A stretch of DNA of 64,000 bases from Bacillota bacterium. GTDB lineage: Bacteria; Bacillota; Clostridia; Peptostreptococcales; Anaerovoracaceae. The notes below the pieces were generated by a model that saw only the letters and a program-made list of their open reading frames with translations, searched no databases and was not told the origin of the DNA. Location: the NCBI GenBank assembly GCA_017404365.1, contig JAFRCM010000014.1, forward strand, positions 34,884 to 98,883. The letters run 5' to 3'. How positions within the stretch are numbered: position 1 is the first letter of the stretch; every line of letters starts with the position of its first letter. Made by a program: the position numbers and the translations under genes. Below, piece after piece: positions 49,500-57,986 of the stretch.

Positions 49500-51386
49500 T
49501 TACTTCACAACGGCTTTTGCTTTAGCCAGTGTCTTTTTGCCGAAGCGGCCTGTGGCTTTCATGCCAACAGCTTTCTGGAACTTCTTGATCGTCTTGATGG
49601 TCTGCTTGCCGCATTTGCCGTCGACTTTGATGCTGTATCCATACCACTTCAGGAACTTCTGGAGGTTCTTGACCTGCTTTCCCTTATCGCCCTTCTTGAA
49701 ATGTCCTCTCTTAGGGATTTTAGGGAAAGTTCCGGTGTAACCCTTCTTGACAGAAGCCGGTGCGGGAGCTGCTGCTGCAGTGCTGCCTGCTCCTTTGGTG
49801 GCAAATCCGAGAGCCTTGCCAGGTGTATTGCCTGAAGCAACGTTGAAGCTGTGTGAAGCTGTTACGGTGCCGCCCAGAGAGTCTGTCGCAGTAATGGTGT
49901 AAGTATAGTTACCGGCACCGAGCTTTCCGAACTTCATGTCGTTGTCCATGTTGCTCAGCTTGTACGCCGTTGTGTTTGGTTTTAGCGTTTTACTGTACAG
50001 AGCTTTTCCGCTGCTGTTTTTGATGGTGCCTGTCACGGATGTGATGTTGTAGTTCGAAACTGCGTATCCTGTAACATCCATGCCTTTGCCTGTCTTAAGC
50101 TTCGTAGGGTAAGCATATCCGCACAGAGAAATGAACGAAGTGCCGGAAGCGCTTGCCGCAGCTCCGCTGTAAGTCTTCCAGTAGCCGCTGAGGCAGTTCC
50201 TGCCTCTTGAAGCTGCTGTGCTGACGGTATTCGCCGGAATCTCAAAGGACAGACAGAATTCAGCCGCCGCGATATACGCTCCGGCAGCGTTATTCGGTAC
50301 GTTTTTCAGAGTGGTATATACATTGCTGTAGCTCTGAAGCTCTGCGTTCAGATGAGCAAGCTGCATGCTGATGTTGCCGATTGAAGTTCCCGAACTGATT
50401 GCCCTGTTCAGGAGATTGGTCTTTCTGCCTGATGACGTCCACTGGCAAAGTCCGTATCCGCCCGAGTCAGTTTTGAAGTTCTTTGACGTGCCGCCTTTTG
50501 TCTTGTAAGCGCCCTTGCCTTTGTCAACAGCGTTAGTGTATTCCGTATCTGAAAGGCCGAACAGAGAGTTGTATGAATTCTGAAGATTGATCGGATTCAT
50601 CGCGCTCTCAGCGTTGATGTTAATCATTACTCCGCAGGCAGCAGCTCTGTTGAGTCCCATTGTTCCGGTCAGATAGTTGTAGATGGCGGCTGTATTGGCT
50701 GCCGTGTCCGCGTAGGAATCTTCGGTGATGTTGTCGACAATCTCGCCTGCGTTATCAAGCGCAAAGGCCTTAAAAGAAGTTCCGGACGTATCGTCCGCCG
50801 GGCCTTCTTCCGGATCTATGCTGCCTTCTTCTTCGGTGTAGATAGCTTCCGCTTCGTCCTCTGTGACAACCGGTTCAACATTAGTGTTCTCAGGTTCCTG
50901 CTTGTATACCGTAATCCACGGTACGTCTACAGCCTCACTCAGAGCGGAAGACAGAGTTATGCGCTCACCCCATACAGGCTTGAGGGAGTAAAAATAGAAA
51001 TCTGTATCGTCAAAATCCTCGACAGCTTCCCAGGACACGGCAATATTGCTCGGCTGGTCGCTTCCGTCGAGATATACACTGAGGGTTTCAGGGAGATATA
51101 CAGTCAGATCACCTTCATCAGGGTTACCCTCATAATAGTATTCCGTTGTTTCAAGAGGAACAAATCCAGTGATGACACCTGACACTTCGTACTCGAAGGA
51201 TTCTTCCGAAGCCTCTTCCGATACTTCTTCAGATGCGGCTTCAGGAGTTTCTTCAGCAGGCTCCTCTGAAGTGACTTCTTCACTTTCCGCCATATCGATA
51301 ACATCCTCGACCGCGAAGGTGATCTGCGGTATGAATGTGAGGATGAGCATCGCGGATAATGCGAAGCATATGATTCTTCTCTTCAT
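49500..51386 (-). CDS. Secreted modular cell-wall protein: signal peptide, acidic stalk, phage-tail-lysozyme-like domain, C-terminal PG-binding domain
   Basis: AAIYNYL...GLN.AAACG.M.NI.AES..NP.N...GGYGLCQWT..RK; C-terminal GDKG.QVK.LQ.FL.W.GY...DG..G..T...IK.FQ...G..ATG..G..T. Confidence 0.82.
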   Translation of the reverse strand: MKRRIICFALSAMLILTFIPQITFAVEDVIDMAESEEVTSEEPAEETPEAASEEVSEEASEESFEYEVSGVITGFVPLETTEYYYEGNPDEGDLTVYLPETLSVYLDGSDQPSNIAVSWEAVEDFDDTDFYFYSLKPVWGERITLSSALSEAVDVPWITVYKQEPENTNVEPVVTEDEAEAIYTEEEGSIDPEEGPADDTSGTSFKAFALDNAGEIVDNITEDSYADTAANTAAIYNYLTGTMGLNRAAACGVMININAESAMNPINLQNSYNSLFGLSDTEYTNAVDKGKGAYKTKGGTSKNFKTDSGGYGLCQWTSSGRKTNLLNRAISSGTSIGNISMQLAHLNAELQSYSNVYTTLKNVPNNAAGAYIAAAEFCLSFEIPANTVSTAASRGRNCLSGYWKTYSGAAASASGTSFISLCGYAYPTKLKTGKGMDVTGYAVSNYNITSVTGTIKNSSGKALYSKTLKPNTTAYKLSNMDNDMKFGKLGAGNYTYTITATDSLGGTVTASHSFNVASGNTPGKALGFATKGAGSTAAAAPAPASVKKGYTGTFPKIPKRGHFKKGDKGKQVKNLQKFLKWYGYSIKVDGKCGKQTIKTIKKFQKAVGMKATGRFGKKTLAKAKAVVK

Positions 51387-51413
51387 AATACACCTCCGAC
51401 ATAATTGTATTAA

Positions 51414-51447
51414 AAAAGGCCCCCACCATCAATGAATTGGGGGCACT
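51414..51447 (-). terminator. Intrinsic terminator after deoB
   Basis: GCCCCCA...TGGGGGC hairpin, followed by a T6 run on the minus strand. Confidence 0.7.
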
Positions 51448-51505
51448 TTGTTTATTAAAATTTGTTTATGTAAACGGTGTAAAAAGTATGTAAATAAAGG
51501 GCTGA

Positions 51506-52702
51506 TCAGACTTTAATCAGATCGAGGAAGCTCTCTCCAATCTCGGTCGGCTTCTTCTCTCCAATCAGATAATCCGCCGCCGTCGCTCCTATGTCCGCAA
51601 ATGTTTTCCTCGTTCCCAGATCAACACCCTTCCGGAGCTTTTCGCCGCACATGAGACAGAAAACATACTCCCTGGTGTGATTGAAGTCGATGTGAGTCGG
51701 ATCATTTCCGTGATCCGCCGTAATAATGAGGATGTCGTCATCTCTGAGCGATTCCATGATCTCCGGCAGTCTCCGGTCAAACTCCTCAATTGCCTTGCCG
51801 TAGCCGACAGGGTCCCTTCTGTGACCGTACTTAGAGTCGAAATCCACTAGGTTAGTGAAAATCAAACCGTCGAATTCCTTGTTAAGCGCCTCGATGGTCT
51901 TCGTGACTCCGTCGTCGTTGCTCTCCGTGTGCACAGCCTCGGTAATCCCCTTGCCGTTAAAGATATCTCTGATCTTGCCAATAGAGTACACAGTCATCCC
52001 TGCCTTGGAAATCACATCAAGGATCGTATCCTCAGGCGGCGATAACGCGTAGTCGTGCCTGTCCGCGGTGCGCACCCTCTTTCCGTCGGGTCCTTTGATG
52101 TAAGGACGCGCTATAACACGTCCGCAGGCGTATTCTCCCACGAGGAGCTCTCGGGCAATCCTGCATATCCTGTAGAGTTCCTCAAGAGGAACGACATCTG
52201 TATTTGCCGCAATCTGAAATACACTGTCCGAAGATGTATATACGATGACCTTGCCAGTCTTTTCGTGCTCGTCACCCAGTTCTTCGATAATCTCCGTGCC
52301 GGAAGCGACGCAGTTCCCGAGATACCCATAACCTGTACGGCGAACGAACTCGTCCATCAGTTCCTGCGGAAAACCATTGTAGTAGGTCTTGTTTGGAACT
52401 TTCGTCTCAATTCCCGCGATCTCCCAATGACCTGTAATCGTATCTTTGCCTTCTGACAACTCGGCAAAACGCCCGTAGACACCTTCAGGGTCATCTACGG
52501 CAAGACGCCCGCCGGCGACCTTTCCGTACGGATCCTCCGGTCTTTCGATATTTCCGAGCCCGAGCTTCCTCAGGTTTGGTATGTCCAGAGGATAATTATC
52601 CAGTATGTGACCCAGAGTGTCGGTTCCGGCGTCTGTATAATCCGCAGCGTCTGGCAGCGCCCCTACGCCAAGTGAATCCATTACTACTATTGCAACTCTC
52701 AT
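51506..52702 (-). CDS. deoB: Phosphopentomutase
   Basis: VMDSLGVG.LPDA..Y.D, GKDT.TGHWEI, YTSSDSVFQIAA, GHRRD, TADHGNDPT, HTRE. Confidence 0.96.
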   Translation of the reverse strand: MRVAIVVMDSLGVGALPDAADYTDAGTDTLGHILDNYPLDIPNLRKLGLGNIERPEDPYGKVAGGRLAVDDPEGVYGRFAELSEGKDTITGHWEIAGIETKVPNKTYYNGFPQELMDEFVRRTGYGYLGNCVASGTEIIEELGDEHEKTGKVIVYTSSDSVFQIAANTDVVPLEELYRICRIARELLVGEYACGRVIARPYIKGPDGKRVRTADRHDYALSPPEDTILDVISKAGMTVYSIGKIRDIFNGKGITEAVHTESNDDGVTKTIEALNKEFDGLIFTNLVDFDSKYGHRRDPVGYGKAIEEFDRRLPEIMESLRDDDILIITADHGNDPTHIDFNHTREYVFCLMCGEKLRKGVDLGTRKTFADIGATAADYLIGEKKPTEIGESFLDLIKV

Positions 52703-52751
52703 TCAATCACCTTCTTCTGTCTGAACTTTATCATCTAATGTCTGAACTCTA

Positions 52752-53480
52752 TTATCTGATCTTTATCGGGCAGCAGTTCAGATAGTCCGCGGATATCAGA
52801 CTGTAACTGATTCCGTAGTAGTCTCCCTGAACAGCGCTTCTGAAGCCTTCCTCTCCGTGGATGTGTCCGTAGTAGACTTCCTTCACTCCGAAGTCTTCAA
52901 ATGCCTGCATGAAGCCCGAGAACATACCAGGCTTTGCAACAGGCGGATAGTGGAGAAAGCCGATTACATCCGGCAAGTCTGCCTTTGCATCTTCCGGAGA
53001 ATTGCAGGCGTACTCAAGAGAGGACCTCAGTCTCAGTATCTCCCTTTTGTATATCTTGTCGTCATCGGCTGTGAAATCATCATCGTCAGGCGTTAACCAT
53101 CCGCGGCTTCCGCATATCCAGACCTCGCTCCCGTCTTCCATCGTAACGCAGTAAGCGTCGTTCTGAAGGAACGTCATTGAATCGTACATGGCGTTCAGCC
53201 TTTTTATGCCGGACCACCAGAGGTCGTGGTTGCCTTTGAGCATGACTTTATGACCGGGCAGAGCGTCCACCCAGTCCAGATCGTAGGCAGCGTCGGAAAG
53301 CTTAAGTCCCCACGATATGTCGCCTGCCACAACGACAGTGTCATCTTCACTTACGAGGCTGCACCAGTTTTCCTTTATTCTTTCCGGATGATCCTTCCAC
53401 CTTGTTCCGAATATGTCCATAGGCTTATCGGTGTCCGGTGCGAAGGAAAGGTGCAGATCCGCTATCGCGTAAATGCTCAT
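52752..53480 (-). CDS. Calcineurin-like metallophosphoesterase
   Basis: ADLHL, GDISW, GNHDLWW, HYPP, YGHIHG. Confidence 0.92.
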   Translation of the reverse strand: MSIYAIADLHLSFAPDTDKPMDIFGTRWKDHPERIKENWCSLVSEDDTVVVAGDISWGLKLSDAAYDLDWVDALPGHKVMLKGNHDLWWSGIKRLNAMYDSMTFLQNDAYCVTMEDGSEVWICGSRGWLTPDDDDFTADDDKIYKREILRLRSSLEYACNSPEDAKADLPDVIGFLHYPPVAKPGMFSGFMQAFEDFGVKEVYYGHIHGEEGFRSAVQGDYYGISYSLISADYLNCCPIKIR

Positions 53481-53494
53481 TTCATTGATTGTCC

Positions 53495-54436
53495 CTATGT
53501 ATTATCTTTATAGTCCGTGTAGTCTGAAACTTTATCAAGACTTCTCTGTATGCTTCTCGTCCTGGCTCCCACGAGCTGCTCCAGATCTTTCTGGGCCTGG
53601 TCAAGACGATGCTGCGTGTCCTCCAGGACGTCGTTGAATTTGCCGAACTCAGTTCTGACCTTCTCAAGCGTTTCCCAGACTTCGCCGGAGCTCTGCTGCA
53701 GGGCAAGCGACCTGAATCCAAGCTGGAAGCTGTTAAGTATCGCGGCCATTGTAGTCGGCCCCGCTATGGTAACCCTGTAATCGCGCTGTAGCATCTCCAC
53801 CAGATCCAGCCTTAACACCTCGGCGTACAGTCCTTCAAAAGGCAGGAACATCACCGCGAACTCAGTTGTGTACGGCGGATAGATGTACTTGGTCTTTATG
53901 TCCTTCGCCGATCTTATGACCGAACGTCTCAGATGATCCGTCGCGGCGAGAATCATGCCCCTGTCGCCTGTATCATAGGCGTCCAGCAGCTCCATATATG
54001 CGTCTCCCGGAAATTTGGAATCAATAGGCAGATAGACACTGCTCCCGTCCTCAGACGGAAATCTGACAGCGTACTCGACTCTGGCGCTGTCGCCTTTTAC
54101 AGCCACGTTCTCCTCATACTGCTGCGGTGAAAGAATCTCCTCAAGTATTGCGCCCAGCTGCACCTCTCCGACAATCCCCCTGGTCTTCACATTCGTCATG
54201 AGACGCTTAAGATCGTCCACCCCTGTTGACAGATTCTGCATCTCACCCATGCTCCTGTTAATCTGAGCCATGGCGTCGTTCAGCTGCTGATTGATGACCG
54301 CGCCCGACGCTCTCTGCGTCTCGCTGACTCTGTCGCCCAGACCGGATACGGAACTGCGTATAACAACAATGGCTATAATCAGCGCTATAACTATAACTGC
54401 GGCCGCTATTATTACTGCTATAATTACCGAATTCAT
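53495..54436 (-). CDS. rmuC: DNA recombination protein RmuC
   Basis: NVKTRG..GE.QL, LPIDSKFP, FAVMFLP.EGLY, AGPTT. Confidence 0.93.
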   Translation of the reverse strand: MNSVIIAVIIAAAVIVIALIIAIVVIRSSVSGLGDRVSETQRASGAVINQQLNDAMAQINRSMGEMQNLSTGVDDLKRLMTNVKTRGIVGEVQLGAILEEILSPQQYEENVAVKGDSARVEYAVRFPSEDGSSVYLPIDSKFPGDAYMELLDAYDTGDRGMILAATDHLRRSVIRSAKDIKTKYIYPPYTTEFAVMFLPFEGLYAEVLRLDLVEMLQRDYRVTIAGPTTMAAILNSFQLGFRSLALQQSSGEVWETLEKVRTEFGKFNDVLEDTQHRLDQAQKDLEQLVGARTRSIQRSLDKVSDYTDYKDNT

Positions 54437-54457
54437 CCCATCTCCCTTTCCTCAGGA

Positions 54458-54964
54458 CTACAGCTGATCATAAGTTTTGTACTCAATTCCCGCAAGATCT
54501 TCGCTGTTGTCCGTATATGAATACTCTGTGAAATTGGAATATATTATATTCATCTCATCCAGACATTGATTGAGCTTGACTCTGGCTGACTTGACCTTGT
54601 TGTTTATCTCCTTGTACTGCCCGTATGAAATCTTCGCCCCTTCGGATTTGTCTTTGAGGACCATCTGCATCTGTACATAACCGTCGCATACGGCGCTGAA
54701 GGCAACAAGACATTTCTCAAATGTCTTTTTCATGTATGTCGCGTCGATATCGTCCTCCGGTACCTGCACTGACTTCGGATCGATGCGCAAAGCCTTATTC
54801 TTCACCTGTCGCAGCATGTGAATATGCCCATCGTAATCTTTTTTCTTGCGAATGCTCTTGAATTTTGAGTCCCTGACGATGCGCATTTCTGCTTCTTTGA
54901 ACTCTTCAACTGATTCAATGCTGAACTTGTTTACCATGTTCAGCATTTCTGTGCGATAATCCAT
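54458..54964 (-). CDS. Hypothetical helical protein
   Basis: 168-aa ORF filling the gap inside an operon, with a GGGAAG SD; no motif recognised. Confidence 0.75.
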   Translation of the reverse strand: MDYRTEMLNMVNKFSIESVEEFKEAEMRIVRDSKFKSIRKKKDYDGHIHMLRQVKNKALRIDPKSVQVPEDDIDATYMKKTFEKCLVAFSAVCDGYVQMQMVLKDKSEGAKISYGQYKEINNKVKSARVKLNQCLDEMNIIYSNFTEYSYTDNSEDLAGIEYKTYDQL

Positions 54965-54966
54965 AA

Positions 54967-55647
54967 CTACTTCCCTTCTGTATCAAGCAAATCCCGTACG
55001 ACCTCCCCGGCTATGAGAAGTCCTGCTGCTGATGGAACAAAGCTTATGCTTCCTCCCACTGAACGCGGTTCCTCTTCCGAATAGAGCGCTTTGACTCCTT
55101 CGATTCCCCGTTTCTTCAGCTCTCTTCTCATGACCTTGGCCAGAGGACATACTCTGGTTTTTTCTATAGTCGTTATTCTGAAAGCGCCGCCGTCGAGCTT
55201 GTTTCCCGTACCCATGGAGGAAATAACGGGAACGCCGGCATCGCGAGCCCTCTCAATGATATATATCTTGGCCGTTACCGTATCTACGGCATCGACCACG
55301 TAATCGTATGATGCAAAGGCAATATCATCCGGTTTGTCCGGCATGAAGAACATTTCCCTGGTTTCGACCCTGCAGTCAGGATCAATGTCCCTGATCCTTT
55401 CAGCCATGACTTCTACCTTGGGTCTTCCCACTGTCGAATGCAGAGCGGGTATCTGACGGTTGATGTTCGTCACATCTACAACATCCTTGTCCACCATGGT
55501 CAGCGCTCCGATTCCTGCCCGGGCAAGACCTTCACAGACATAACTGCCCACGCCTCCTACTCCGAAGACGAGTACGCTGCAGCCTGCCAGTCTTTCCAGA
55601 CCCTCTTCGCCTATTATTCTCGCTGTACGCTCGTACTGCTGTTTCAT
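54967..55647 (-). CDS. tcdA: ThiF/MoeB family protein, tRNA threonylcarbamoyladenosine dehydratase-like
   Basis: GVGGVGS, D.D.VD.TNINRQ, DAVDTV.AK, SSMG.GNK, CPLAKVMR. Start at 55647 gives an ATGA overlap with recX. Confidence 0.88.
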   Translation of the reverse strand: MKQQYERTARIIGEEGLERLAGCSVLVFGVGGVGSYVCEGLARAGIGALTMVDKDVVDVTNINRQIPALHSTVGRPKVEVMAERIRDIDPDCRVETREMFFMPDKPDDIAFASYDYVVDAVDTVTAKIYIIERARDAGVPVISSMGTGNKLDGGAFRITTIEKTRVCPLAKVMRRELKKRGIEGVKALYSEEEPRSVGGSISFVPSAAGLLIAGEVVRDLLDTEGK

Positions 55648-56117
55648 TTCACTGTTTCCCGCGCAACACTGTAACAAACGCTACCGCTGAAGCCTCTTGA
55701 TGCCAGTCTTCTGACTATCCTGGCCTGCAGCTTCTGCTTTTCCTCATAAGTCATCTCCGACTGGTCCGCGCCTGATTCCGAAACGATCTGCAGAGCTATG
55801 TCGCGGGCCATCTCCTGTTCATCAGGTTTATCGTCCAGTTCGCCGTACGCCTGATCGATAATCTCCTTTTGTATGCCTTTGCCTGCCAATTCCCTGATAA
55901 TGCGGCCTTTACCTCTGCCTTTTTCAAAGCCGTATTCGAAGTACATCTTCGCGTAGGCATGATCGTCTATGTATCCGTATTCCGACAGCTGTTTTACAGC
56001 CGCTTCCGACTCGTCGGCCTCGTAGCCTTTGCGCAGGAGATAATCAAATACTTCCTTCGCAGTGTGAGGCTTAAGGTTCAGGTATGCAGTTGCTTTCTCA
56101 AGTGCATTCATACTCAT
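55644..56117 (-). CDS. recX: Regulatory protein RecX
   Basis: EV..YL.RKGY, GYIDD..YA, G..RI.REL..KGI, RRLASRGF. Confidence 0.88.
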   Translation of the reverse strand: MSMNALEKATAYLNLKPHTAKEVFDYLLRKGYEADESEAAVKQLSEYGYIDDHAYAKMYFEYGFEKGRGKGRIIRELAGKGIQKEIIDQAYGELDDKPDEQEMARDIALQIVSESGADQSEMTYEEKQKLQARIVRRLASRGFSGSVCYSVARETVK

Positions 56118-56119
56118 GC

Positions 56120-56962
56120 CTATACCAGATACTCATCCCCTGCCTGGAGAATAACACATTTGTCGCCGAGCATGAGCTTAAGCTCGCAAAGAGCATCGGT
56201 TCCGGTGCAGTGAACAGGAATCACTTTGCCGATGTTCTCAGCCGCGATTTCGTCGATGACTCTCTGTCTGTCAGGTTTTTTAGCTGAGTAGAGATGCATT
56301 CCGGCGATCAGCGCCGCAACCTTCTCGCCCGGGAACATGCTCTTTCCGGCGTTAAGGGCGCTTATAACGCCTCTGTGGCTGCATCCGGAGAATATATACA
56401 GACCCTCAGGCTCTCTGATTACAAGGCACTGCTCATGTGACATGTCGTCAGGAAGAAGCTCATCTCCGTCGTAACAGTAGAAATGATCCGTAGGCTTGAA
56501 TCCTTCGGCGTAAGGTATGGTACCTGTCAGCTTTATGTCTTCAGTAATCTCTACCGGACCGTCAGTGAACATGAGCTGATCCGCCAGACCCTTCAGTTCC
56601 TTGTCTGTCCATCCTATGCTGCAAGGCTGCTCATCCAGAACTCCCCCTTCTCCAAGGGCTCCGCCTTCTGTCCCGTAGGAAACCCTCAGGGCGTTTCTGT
56701 GAATGTATATCGGTGCCTTCGGATTGATCTGATGAAACATCGGGAAGCCGCCTGTGTGATCATGGTGTCCGTGGCTGACTACAGCGAAATCCACGGCTCC
56801 GAGATCCACTTTCATCTTCGCGGCGTTTGACGCAAACAGGTTTGTGTCTCCTGCGTCAAACAGAATCTTCTTTCCCTGGGCCTCAATGTATATCGACAGT
56901 CCGTGTTCTGCCAGTATTCCTTCTCTAAAGGTCTTGTTTTCCATAAGAAATCTGAATTTCAT
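56120..56962 (-). CDS. MBL-fold metallo-hydrolase (MJ0448-like subgroup)
   Basis: EHGLS..IE, SHGHHDHTGG, GCSH.G, HCTG. Start set at MKFRFLMEN. Confidence 0.88.
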   Translation of the reverse strand: MKFRFLMENKTFREGILAEHGLSIYIEAQGKKILFDAGDTNLFASNAAKMKVDLGAVDFAVVSHGHHDHTGGFPMFHQINPKAPIYIHRNALRVSYGTEGGALGEGGVLDEQPCSIGWTDKELKGLADQLMFTDGPVEITEDIKLTGTIPYAEGFKPTDHFYCYDGDELLPDDMSHEQCLVIREPEGLYIFSGCSHRGVISALNAGKSMFPGEKVAALIAGMHLYSAKKPDRQRVIDEIAAENIGKVIPVHCTGTDALCELKLMLGDKCVILQAGDEYLV

Positions 56963-57485
56963 CTGACTGATCTCCTTCCTCTGTTCCCGTGCAAACGGAA
57001 CAGAAACAACCGTCCTCAAGCCTCAGGTCAGTAAATCTGACGTCATCTCTGTCCAGTACCTGTTCTTTTTTCATTATGTGCTCAAGGCCTGTGCCTACAT
57101 ACTTGCTAAGGGCTTCCTTCCTTGTCCACAGTTCAAAAAACCTCTCTGAAGTACCGTCGGCCTCAGCCTGAGCTGCTTCTTCGGCCGTGAAGTATCTGGC
57201 CGCGATTCTGTTTGTTTTAGCATTTCTGGCGTGCTGGATGTCCAGACCTGCCTCCCGGTCCGAAACAAGCAGAGCGAAAGTGTCTTCGCTGTGTGATACG
57301 GAAATGAAAGTCGCGCCGCATGCGTCACTATCAGGCAGCCGCACATAGGGCTTGCCTTTATCTGTCCGCTCGATGACAGCATCCTCTCTTCCAAGACAGT
57401 CGCGGATAAGCGCGTCTGTTAAATCCCTGCCTTTCAGCTCCGGATAAATGCTTTTGTAATCATTAATGATGTGCAGTTTCATCAT
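56925..57485 (-). CDS. 4'-phosphopantetheinyl transferase (Sfp/Gsp-like), probably leaderless
   Basis: GKPY, ISVSHS, GLDIQ, F..LWTRKEA..K..G.G. Confidence 0.88.
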   Translation of the reverse strand: MMKLHIINDYKSIYPELKGRDLTDALIRDCLGREDAVIERTDKGKPYVRLPDSDACGATFISVSHSEDTFALLVSDREAGLDIQHARNAKTNRIAARYFTAEEAAQAEADGTSERFFELWTRKEALSKYVGTGLEHIMKKEQVLDRDDVRFTDLRLEDGCFCSVCTGTEEGDQSDEIQISYGKQDL

Positions 57486-57556
57486 AGGTGAATTATAACA
57501 CAAAAGGCGTGACAAAATAATGACACGCCTTCTCCTTATAATATTCGATTAACCGT

Positions 57557-57856
57557 TTATTCCTGTTCTTTCATTCTGGTCAGAATTCTCTTGTACCCGT
57601 CGGCACCATAGACAAGACACTTATTGATCCTGCTGATAGTAGCCGTGGATGCTTTGGTTATACCTTCGATTTCGTTATAAGTTTTGTTTTCGGAGAGCAG
57701 CTTCGCAACCTGCAGTCTCTGCGCGATAGCATGTATCTCATTTATCGTGCAGATGTCCTCGAAAAATCTGTAGCAGTCCTCTTCGTCCTCAAGAAGGAGT
57801 ACGGCTTTGAACAGTTCATCAATATCGTCCCTTTTGAATTTTGAATCATATGCCAT
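57557..57856 (-). CDS. YerC/YecD family TrpR-related protein
   Basis: FFEDICTINE, QRLQVA, TKASTATISRINKCL.YG. Confidence 0.93.
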   Translation of the reverse strand: MAYDSKFKRDDIDELFKAVLLLEDEEDCYRFFEDICTINEIHAIAQRLQVAKLLSENKTYNEIEGITKASTATISRINKCLVYGADGYKRILTRMKEQE

Positions 57857-57882
57857 GACGATTCCTCCTTTCTTCTATCAGC

Positions 57883-57911
57883 ACTATAACACTTTCGTGC
57901 TGTAAAGTCAA
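57883..57911 (-). promoter_or_regulatory. Promoter TTGACT-N17-TATAGT for the yerC-like gene, overlapped by an ACTTT-N8-AAAGT palindrome
   Basis: Read directly from the sequence. Confidence 0.75.
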
Positions 57912-57986
57912 TGCGGGTTAAAGCGCTTTTGGCACTTTACACAATTAAAGAACAATTTGCCTTTTTTGGGAAAAAAACAGGAAAAG

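Noticed and set aside
49500-51386. Prophage remnant inferred from the tail-lysozyme domain
   Set aside because: The protein has a Sec signal and a host-type PG-binding domain, and no other phage gene is nearby.
56925-57485. NRPS/PKS cluster inferred from the Sfp-like PPTase
   Set aside because: No carrier-protein, adenylation or ketosynthase genes in the window; the PPTase may serve fatty-acid ACP.
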